From: Antedon mediterranea
Lineage: Eukaryota > Animalia > Echinodermata
NCBI RefSeq assembly: GCF_964355755.1
Contig: NC_092672.1
Coordinates: forward strand, 7,936,001 to 8,000,000
Direction: 5' to 3'
DNA: 64,000 bases
In this document: positions 24,377 through 35,123 of the stretch, in pieces
Position numbering within the stretch: position 1 is the stretch's first letter
Layout: each line of letters opens with the position of its first letter
Notes under the pieces: generated by a model
Database searches by the model: none
Told to the model about the DNA's origin: nothing
The model's input: the letters and a program-made list of their open reading frames with translations, nothing else
Position numbers and translations under genes: made by a program

Positions 24377-27300
24377 ATGATGACAAATGTGATACGGACG
24401 GTAATGAAAATCATCGCGTTTATGGCTTACGTTTCTGCCAGTAGTAAGTACATCCACTGCTTTTTTTCTCACGACTATTTTTAATATTAACCCGTTTTGA
24501 CGTCTTGTTTATTTATTTTTAGTTTGTGTATTTCGTATCTATGTAAAATGGTCTTGAAATAACATATATTAAAACATCTCATTTCATTTCAAGATCTTAG
24601 CCATCATTGGTATAATGTATTAATTGTTGAACATTGCTCATCTACACTCTACATTATTAATAATTTTCCGATGATGTGGAAATTTAGAATTAGGCCTAAT
24701 TATATTTTCATTTTATGTTTGTACTTTTAAAAAACAGAAAGATAATGATATATCGGCTTTAAAGTGTTCTTTTCTTCGATGTTGGCAATAATTACGGTAT
24801 TGAATTGCACATACAACAATCGGACAGAAATACGTAATTAATGAGGCGAGAAAGATTATTTTCGCCTTATAAACGTCCAGTCCCACAATTACTATACAAT
24901 GCACCATAAAAACCTTTCTAGCTTAGGTTATAGCTCGACATAGAAGGCAGCATCTGTAGAACTTCATCCTATAAAAATGCACGAAAAGTTAGTTTCAACA
25001 AATCCAGGTTTCCGTCATTTTGTGCAATAAATAAATTGTTTATTAATTTATAATTTAAGTTGATACTAATTATCATTAAACATACTGAATTGTGAATGAA
25101 TTGGCAGAAGATTCATTCGGACACCACTATAACCTCTAAAATACAATACTGAATCTATTTTTCAGAAGAAATTGCATATAGAAAATCAGCTTTTATTAGC
25201 AGTTCAAATAGTAAATCTGAAGAGGGGTCATCAAATATAAATGACGGATCGAGAGACACATTCGCGCATACGGGTAAGAGACTACAGTATAAAAACTTTT
25301 TTTTTCTAAAAATCGTGGCTTCCAACGGACTGATAGAAAATACATTTTAATCATCACTTAGATCATTATAAAATGTGTTGTTGTAAGTATACCCATGGAG
25401 GTTTCTTCAAAAAACAGACTAAGCATTTTTGCAAATTTAAGCCTAAAGCAGGTCAAATTAGCAATTTAAATGACGGGTACATAACCCATGGAGGAAATAG
25501 TGCCTAGCCTATCTATTGTATGTTAACAACAGTGAAACCTCATGAGGTAGATATAATTGCTTACTTGACGTCACAACAATTTACGGCGACGGCTGTACGG
25601 CGAGTGCGCACGGCCAAATCGTAAATCTTACCATTGTTCTAAAATCATTATGTACATCCCTAAAATACGTTATCTTATCTCGTTAAAGTTGTCCTTTAAG
25701 GCTAAGAGACAATACTTCGAACCTGGTGAATTTTAAAGTGAATTGCGACGACCTAGGATCTAAACATGAGTGTGTCGTTGGTCGTCGCCTGAGCCCAGAA
25801 CCGTTCGAGTTAAGTCATCGTCGTCCACTAACATATAGGGAAACACGACGGGAAGCCATAGGACGGAGCTTATGAATAATTTATGCATGACCTTCTAAAA
25901 AGTGGGCGGAGCTTAGTGTGAAGTTCCGCCGTCTTAACTTTTTGAGAACGATAAAGTTGCCATTTTCCGTTTACGGAAATAATGTATATATAACCTTAAA
26001 TATACAGTTACAATTACATTTAAACGTGGAATTTTCTCTAACTCTTTTTCTTCAACTCTAAATAATATTTGAACTTCTAATTTAATTGTTCAAAGAAATA
26101 ACAGTTTTATTGGGTTAAAATTGATGTGTTAAAAGCGGCGTTTGAATGCGAGGCCCTATCTGGGAAGGCCTATGCTGCATCACCAAAGCCAAGCGATTCA
26201 AAAGGGCCCCGCGCCACGAGACAGGGAGGATCGGAGAGAGAAACTGTCGGTCGTCGTCTTCTTCGCGCAAGGGTGCGTAACTAATAAAACGGCTATGTTG
26301 ACTGTTAGGATTTTACCCTCTAGCGAACACATGGTATTCGTCGTCCTCCCTCCTAACCGTCGTGTTTCGTATAAGTCCCTACTTATTTCGCGACGGCGCT
26401 ACCACTAAAAATAAATCTGGACATGCGCATGTTTGTTATACAAATTCCAATGTCCTGGACGTAGAATCGACGACTTGCCAAGCCTAACGCATGCCACAAT
26501 AAAGTACATGACGTCATATGTCCTAGGTTATAGGCCGTTGAGATCGACATTTTCGCTAAGCCCCGAAATAAATGAGGATCGATTATTACAATGTATTTAG
26601 GCCTAATAAAACACGTTTTCTTTATGTCTGAATTGTTATTTAGGAGGTGAACGAACACCTTATGTATACATCGATCTTGGAGGAATATTTTCTATAAAAC
26701 GAGTGAAAATAACAAACAGACGTGATTGTAAGTTTAAGCTTAACTTGTAAATGTAAATTGTTTATTAATAAAAACCATGTGAACATTTGGGGAAAAAAAT
26801 TCAAAACCGCTGGATGCAGATACTGTAGTCAAAGTTAGATAGCTTATCTTATCAAAACAAAACTGACCCTTTTTTCCAAAAATGTATGTAAGGAAAAGAG
26901 TAAATACAAATACCGATTTTCTAAATTTTTCCCCCGATCTTAAAAGTAACAGTACATTTTTTATTACAATAGATAAAAGATCATTTATGTTTTGCATTTC
27001 AAATTAACACTGACAGACATATTTGTATATTCCGCCGACAGGTTGTAAAGATCGGACGGTTGATGGCGTAGTTAGAATTGGAATGTCAGACGACGTATTA
27101 TCAAACATAGCTTGTGGAGAACCTATAACGGAAAGTGAAGTTAATGCTGGTAATATTTTTGTAAGGAAATGCAGACAATCGATTTTAGCAAGATATGTTG
27201 GTGTTTCGATAGAAAACCCGAAAATTTGGCCGCTGAATCTCGCCGAAATCGAAGTTTTCACGGATGGTAAATAGTTACTTCTTCATTTACCATAGTACGG

Positions 27301-29335
27301 CCAAGACAATCTAACAGGACACTGAGCTCGCCTTGCCAAGATAGGAACTCGTAACAGTTCTTTGATCTTATGTCTTGTTGCGAAAATGCCTACAGTATAC
27401 TGTTCTATGCAGATCATTCTCCGCGGCGCGCGATGTTACTCTGTTGGCGAGGTGGCGAGAAATTGATCATGTCGCAGCCACAGTAAACCCTTTGATCTCC
27501 GGAGCTCAGCATCCTGTTGATAGATTGCCTTGGTATATTATACAGAATGTATAAATAGTCTATAATAAATTATTCAACCTTTCGATCTTCGATTATCATC
27601 TTCGGGAATGATAATTGAAACATTTAATTAAATATTAGACTTTCCTCTACCTGATTCGGAATTTGGTGCGATGGATCATCAAGAAGCCATTTTTTTGCTG
27701 AAATCATACGATTTTTTTTTCTTTTTTCTTTTGACCAATCATTAACAGTGAGCATGAATGATCTCGCTTGACAATGGATAACCGAATTCGTGTTCGATGT
27801 GTTGCCAAGTTTTATACATTTATTCTAAGCTTTTTATTTCTTTTTCAATTTAAAAGTCACGTTATACAACAACAGTTGCTATAAAGTATCTGATACTACT
27901 ACTGAAAGCTGGAGCGATGCCAAGGCAGCATGTGAAAGTCAATTCTCAACGCTTCTGACCATCAACACAGAGGACGAGAGAACTTATTTGACTAACTTGA
28001 TGTCATCCTCCTTCTGGACGGGTCTCAATGACATCGAGCAAGAAGGTAATCCGGAATGGTTGACCAGTGACACTCCGACTTATATGAACTATGACATAGC
28101 AGCCAGTGGAGATGAGTCTGGCGACATGGACTGCTTCAGAATTGCCGGCAATGATGGATCCTTACGCCACGCATATTGTAACTCAGAGAAGCAATACATA
28201 TGTGAAGGTAATAATCATAATAATTATATTTCTATTGTAAAATTGAAAAAATTCATCTCCTTCCCAAAATATTTTTGAAATCAAATTTTCGTTTTTCATG
28301 AAGGTGAAAAATAAACGTTGAAACTTACCAACGTTTCGTGCGTTAGCATCGCACTTTCTCAAGGTAGTGGTGTACGTGTCAGCTTGGTTTGCCGACACTG
28401 ATCATGGCATAGTCACGTGATGTTGTTGTGACATGCGCCCTCTCTGAGTTATTTCTTGAAAACCTCTAAATGGTGAATCAAAAATTTCTATTGTAGTTTT
28501 ACTCTATCTGAGTCAACACAATTGTCGTATTTGATTGGAATTATACCGTTGAGTATAGTTTTCCCGTTGAGTACTTATTTAACAGAGTATTTTGAGCGTT
28601 GAGATTGTTCTTAACGAAAAGGCTTGCGCTGTTAAAACATTTTCTATTCGAATGAATATTGTGTTGAGCACAATTCGTTTACAATTTACCATTCCAATAC
28701 AAAAAGGACTCAAGAAATCTTTATGTTGATTACGAAAGTTCCCAATCGAATACGAAAATTGTTCCGTAAATACACGGTTCACGTTGTTCTTAATTGTTGG
28801 TATCTGCATGCTGATCCTGACTATAAAATAAACTGGTATCTGGTGAGCATTTTTTTTTCATTCCTGAGGAAAAGGTGTCCACACCTTTTCAAGAATTTGT
28901 TCTTTCAATTTCAAAAGTAAATATCTCTATACACTTTTATTTCTAAGCCACCTTTTCAATTCCATTTAACTTGTGTGACGTGACTTAACGTCTATTTTCT
29001 ATCAATGTAACCATAGTAACCGGATCGTGGTACTTATGTGTAATATTTTCTTTTATTTAGCAAGATCCATTGCTTATAAAATGTATAAAATCACCGGAAA
29101 CACTAAATCTCCAACCTCAGAGTACGTGATAAGAAGCCTGTTCGCTACAAGTCCTGGAACATGTTCACTAGAATGCGGCAATGTGGACGCTTGTAGTTCG
29201 TTTTCATACAATCACAATACGAACGAGTGTATTATTAGTACCAGTACAGGTCAAGATGGAGAACTAAATGATGCTGAAATGGTTGATTTTTACTTAGTCA
29301 CATTTTCCGACAATGTGTGCACTACATTCAACTGA
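24377..29335 (+). CDS. Secreted multidomain lectin copy 4: signal peptide + F-type lectin + CTLD + PAN (~369 aa)
   Basis: Exons 24377-24443, 25166-25273, 26644-26727, 27042-27266, 27857-28207 (weak AAG acceptor), 29061-29335, open frame. Motif FAHT...NRRDCCKDR. Confidence 0.87.
25390..26620. mobile_element. Cluster of degenerate DNA-transposon fragments in intron 2 of lectin copy 4
   Basis: Locally GC/CpG-rich, with TTAA junctions (tgtcctttaa|ggctaag) and repeated acccatggagg and ggcggagctta motifs. Boundaries were not resolved. Confidence 0.4.
27301..27533. mobile_element. MITE with ~30-bp TIRs
   Basis: ccaagacaatctaacaggacactgagctc / gagctcagcatcctgttgatagattgccttgg. The left part recurs at ~23861-23917. 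Confidence 0.65.
28272..28990 (-). mobile_element. Penelope-like retroelement remnant (GIY-YIG region plus pseudo-LTR)
   Basis: Degenerate minus-strand translation (VNRVFTEQFSYSIGNFRNQHKDFLSPF..V...CAQHN) resembles the region just before and within a PLE GIY-YIG endonuclease. It is followed by a PLE-type hammerhead motif. Confidence 0.6.
28326..28366 (-). ncRNA. Minimal type I hammerhead ribozyme motif (Penelope-type, C3U/G8A variant)
   Basis: Minus strand reads UACC-UUGAGAA-A-GUGCG-augcuaa-CGCAC-GAAA-CG-UU-GGUA: stem I UACC/GGUA, 5-bp stem II, loopless palindromic stem III. Confidence 0.65.
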
Positions 29336-30906
29336 ATAAAGTAGACGTAGGTCTACTATAATTATAATTATTAAATATTTTTAAAATACCATTTTTTAAT
29401 ATTTGAAAACAACGGTTTTACAGACAGAACATCTGATGCGATAGTTTTGTCTTAATATTAGTAAAAACATAAATATTTTTGCATAAATGGCGTTTCATAC
29501 GTGTATTACTTGAGTTTTGATCAGAAACAAATCAAACGACGACGTGTGGAATGACATAAAAAAGACAATAAATACAGACTTGGAGCAAGTCTACGGATGC
29601 CATTGCTTCTTACTATATTAAACTTGCGCAAAAAAAAACTAAATACATTTTCGTATTAGTATTATTATTAACTTAGGCCTAAATTAAATGTCTAGATTAT
29701 ATAGCTTACTTTCTCTTGAATTATTTATATCAACCTTCTTTATAAAATTTGCTTTGCTAATACTAAACAAACAATAAACTCCGAATATAAATTTAGAGTG
29801 TGAATATGCGAAGCTCTTTATAATCACCTCGTACGTGTTGTAACTTAATTAGTACAGTACAAGTATATTGTTTGGAGTTCATCATGACTGTATAATAATA
29901 AAGAAACTGGCATAAGTATATATAGCCTATTACATGTATCAATAGACAGAAAAAAAAAAAGGAAGATGGCGGAGTTACAATGCACTTGCATTACTATGAA
30001 AATGAATAAAACGACTTAATCAACAATATTTGAAATTCATGATCATGAATCCCCGTGTTACTGCAAACATTATATCCTCCTACGTTGTTTGTAATTTCTA
30101 CATCATGCTCCTACTATAGGATGTACATTTTTTTATTATGTTTATAATATATAAACAGTTAATAACAATGTTAATGTATAGAGAAAAAAATGAATATTAC
30201 TAGAAAACAATGTGGAACAGCAGAAAATATGCTAGTTTACAGGTATGGAAATAATGTTCGTTCTATTTTATGCACTATATAATATTAATTATAGCCTATT
30301 CATTGATTTTATTTATTACGTGAAATGTATTTCAATGTTTTAAAAGTAGGATGAACCTACATAAGACAGAAGTTAATAACATTAGGCCTATACTAAGTTT
30401 AAAAGAAATATCTAAATCCTGTGAAACTGTTTTGGGGGCTATCCTGGTAAAAAAAATTACGTCAATTGATAAACGGACACTATTGTACACATCTTCAAAT
30501 ATAGACCTTGTGAATTGCTTCTTTTATCTTGTATATTGTTATTGAAATTGATTTTAATGTGGATGAAATCTCAATTATTAAGTAATTCTTTAGAACAGCA
30601 CGCAAAAAGAATATTATTAGCATACAGCACGCACTACTCCAAATGGTTAAAATGCCAATATGAAATTTAAACAAATTAGATTAAAAACAAATTGAAGATT
30701 AATAAATGAATATAATTATACTCTATTCTGAGATTACACTACATTTACCACAAAGTTACATTGAACATGTAAAATGTATTAATCAAATAAAGGAATTGCT
30801 TAAGTAATTATTTCACAGTCTTATAGTTCTCTCTTTGTAAATGTCTATATTATTGTGACAGCATATAATTAAAGATGTAAAAAATAATTATTGACATTAA
30901 AACGTA

Positions 30907-31186
30907 GTGGAGTTGTGGCTTGGTGGTTATGATGCTTGGCTACCAATCTAAGGGTCCTGGGTTCAAGTCCTGTCATATGTCAGGATTTTTTCTCATGACA
31001 ATTTGCAACTCCACTCCCAAAGACTTGTAATTAAGTCGTTGTTTATGTAGAGCATCTTGTGTATATGTTTGTGTTGTGTATATGTTTGTGTTGTGAACAG
31101 GATTGCCACCTTTGAGAGAAGGACAGTGATTGAGTTCATTTGTGGTCTTCCTTGGCTATAAATGCCTAAAAAAAAAAAAAAAAAAA
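30907..31186 (+). mobile_element. tRNA-derived SINE
   Basis: tRNA-like head with A box (tggcttggtgg) and B box (ggttcaagtcc), an unrelated body, and a poly(A) tail at 31168-31186. Confidence 0.75.
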
Positions 31187-34100
31187 TTTTTTTGTTGAAT
31201 ATGCCATTTTAATGTCACATAACAGTTACCCACACGACCAAGAGTTAGATCCAAAAAAATGATTTATCTGAGAAAAAACTTTAATTTAAAGCAAAACATA
31301 GTCAAATTGGCTGCCAGCCAATGGGTTTTTGGTTAAAATTAGCCATTTATTTTGTCATTTTATAAGTGAAAACTTTATTATTTTTTTTCTACAGAAGTGA
31401 TTAACCTCATTAAAACTACAAAATAACATTCAAAGTCTAATTTAATTAGTCTTCATTGTTCATGTTTTTGGGGGATCGACAATACATCTCTAATAAATAT
31501 AATGAATAGGCTCATCATTGTTATTTTTTTTATCAAGATACGTACACAATATTAAGAGAAACTGATGAAAAAATGAAGAAAACTGGTTAAATAACCGACA
31601 TAATTTAACAAAAACATCTGAGACAAATAAAACAGTGTAGGCCTATCAGTAGCTCAATAAATAGTGCAGTCTTCTGACGATCTATGCCTAATCAATAAGT
31701 AGTTTAAGTTTTGTAATTCATTCATTTAAATCAATAGACTGTGGCACTAACATCAATTCTGCAATTGGAAAATTTACCTAATAAACATTCACCTAGTATG
31801 GTTTAATTCTCTTGGAGTTCGATATTTAAGTACAGTGTTTCTTGTATTTTGTAAATTAATCGAAACAAGACAATAGTTAATCGAAACAAGACAATAGTTA
31901 TTGTCACGTAATTAAATACTACTAATTCATTGAATTACAAGTTAATTTTCTTACCGTGAATCACCAACGTAAACAAAATACTTCTGGGTGGGGCCTATAT
32001 ATAAACATGACCTACTATTTGCAGATAAAGTACAGTGTTTATTAAGGGGACCTTCGGCATACCTCCTAACTTGGAGAAATGAAATATCGGGAGGTTTTAT
32101 TGAAATATTTCTTATAAAAAACCTATTTAATCATTGTTCTTTCTTAAGATATAATGATTTATTATTGTTGTGTAACAATCAGTAGTAAACATTTTGTGTA
32201 ACTATAGTCTGGCCTGCTGTACAGAACAAAAATATAATCATAAACTAAACTACAGTATATGTAGGCCTACATATTCCAGGGTAGGAGCATTAACTTCTAA
32301 TGACCCGGCCCACATAGGCTACTAGCTAGTATATAGGCCTACTACCTAAGGATAACGATGCAACATTACAAGTCAATAGCATACATTGCCTGTTAATATT
32401 TTGTATCAATATTAAAATAAAGAAGAATTATGAAAATCTGACTTGCAGTTTTCGAAATATATAGGGTCCAAAACATCGCCGAAAATAACCGTTTTTAGCC
32501 ACGAACGAAAAATAAATTGCGCCCTTGGTAGGCAATTGTATGAACATTTTTTTTACGGTTTTTATTTATTATTTATTCAACTTCTCACTAACTCTGTTAG
32601 TGAAGGATCGGGACCAACAGGTGGTAAACACCTCTAAAACGGCCCAGTCCCCAATTGCACAGTGGCTGTGTTTGTGTGGACTAGTAATATATTTTGTATA
32701 TCAACATTGTAAAATTCAATCAGATATAAAGTATAATATTACATGTTTATTAAATTAAAGGAGTGTTTTTTAATCTCATTCAAAGAATTTTATTACATTA
32801 TTTTCCCGACGTGTGTCAATGCCAGGACGCAGGACATGCAGCAGTCCTCAGAGAAAACAGCACATGTGAGAATCTTCCGCAGTCTGTTGATTCGAGTCAA
32901 TCAATTCAAAGGGCGAGAATCCAAAATCGTTCAACCGTCGGCATTAGATAAAAAAAAAACTGTCGGCCTTAGATATAGCTTTCACGTTGATACAAATTTC
33001 TTATTGATTATGTTATTATCAGCACCACATGACCCAAGATCTGTTACGCCGACTGGTTAATATAGGCCTACTAACTTTTATGCATCGCTTACATACACAC
33101 AAAACAAGGCCATATACATGGCTGCAGTCGCGTGCGCAAATTTGAGTTAGTGTTTACTGACCGACCGACAAACCGACGACATATTGCAACTAAAAAACTT
33201 CGCACGCGGCTGCATCCATTTAAATGAAGACTATAGAGGGCACTACACCAATACATACATCAAACCACAGATGGCGCTATTAAAAAACCTACAGCAGAGC
33301 CATATACAGTACTGTATTCAATATTATGGTTCTGAGTCTGACCTAAAGCAGAGCCAGAAATTAAATTCATTCATACACATTTAAAACAATAACAATTTAT
33401 TACATTAATTACATTTATATGGCTCTGACCTAAAGACATGGCATATATAATAGCATTATATAGATATGTCAGTTGTGCCATGCCAAAGCCGGATATTGAG
33501 AAATTGTTGGAACGTCTACTTTCGTGACACAGTAAAAGTGTTCTCTTGAGGTGTTCCCTGAATATGGTTTTCGATCCGTACTGATATTGCTCGTTGTTTC
33601 CTTCATTATGACAGTGTCCTTTAACAGAGGTGTTTCCTGAATATCCCGAAATTCCAAAGGAAGTTTTGTTGTAATTTCATTAAAGATTATTGTTTTAAAA
33701 TCAGACTAGTCAAAAGGTACATAACGAACGCAAGCAATTTCAATTTACTGTGTTCAGTATTTATTTACATTAACATTCAAGAAAAAATGACCAATTGCAT
33801 GGTTAAACAACTATTATACAGATAATTTATTATAAACAAGAACTTTATCACAGTGATTTGCCAAATGACATTACGCTCACTGCGAGTACGTTACTGTATT
33901 ACATTGCTTGGTTCGCACTAAAGATGCGACGTAAGGACTTAACGACGCAACGTAATTGGATGGATTATTCGAACTGTCGCTTGTCATTGGTCAACACGCT
34001 TGAGTTACGTTTACGTCCTTGCGTTGCGCCGTAGTGTTAACGAATGTTTAGGTATAATAGGGGAAATACTAGGTATATTAAATGTTTACAGTACTTCTTT

Positions 34101-35123
34101 AATTCGGCTGCCAATAGACCATACCAACAAAAGAAAACATTGTCTAATAAAGTACAGCTTAATATAATAATAGTCTGCATTATTTCGAATAAACAGTATA
34201 CAGAGGGTTCTGTCATTCCTTGCGAGTACATAGCAATTATACTCAAAATAAAAAAAACTTGATTTATACACCTAAAACGGAGTTACTCCTTCCGGTCCCG
34301 TAATTGAAATAATGTTGGAACTGCTAGAGGTTGAACAACAACATGCATGCATCAGGGCATTCTATACATACTAAAACAGTCACTAATTCTACTGAACATT
34401 TATCATGAAAAGGAAAGAGAACAATGCAGCTATTCTGTTATATAAACTTATTGTACAAAGGTAATTATCAACAAGCTGCTGGTGAGTATAGTTTAAATAA
34501 ACATACTGTGTTATGTTATACAGTATTACAAGCTGTTGGCATCCTTGGCACAGCAGTTAAGAAACTTCCAATCATGTGGCAGAAGGAAATATAATCGCTA
34601 ATAGGACTCTTACATGTCCAATTGACTTTTATATACAACACATAATAATATTCACAAACATAGTTTAGCATATGTCACCTAAAATTCTTGTGCCAGTTTC
34701 GTCTTGGCATAGTGATAAATTTGACAACACACCATTTGTGTAACACTAACAGTTTGGTTAGCCTTATCCCAGTTCCTAGAATTCCTACCAAAAATTGACA
34801 GGATATTATTTATAAATATTATGAATACAATTTAGTATGTCATATCTATAATTTTATCTAATAATGGTATATACATGTACAGTACCCGTACTGTAGTCTA
34901 ATAAATATTAAAATATATGTACTGTACACATAATTTAAAAAATTACATAAAGAAAATATTACCAATATTAGAAATGATTTATAACAAATAAAATAAGTTA
35001 TATATAAATAAAGCATACTGTAATAAACATAGTATTAGATATATTTATTTAGACAGGCTACAATTTAAAAAAAAACATGGTAGAAAAATTGTAACACTTT
35101 TAAGGCCTTTGCAACTTATCAGT

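Noticed and set aside
30907-30980. Genuine tRNA gene
   Set aside because: The acceptor stem pairs poorly, and the sequence continues into a body with a poly(A) tail, which fits a SINE.
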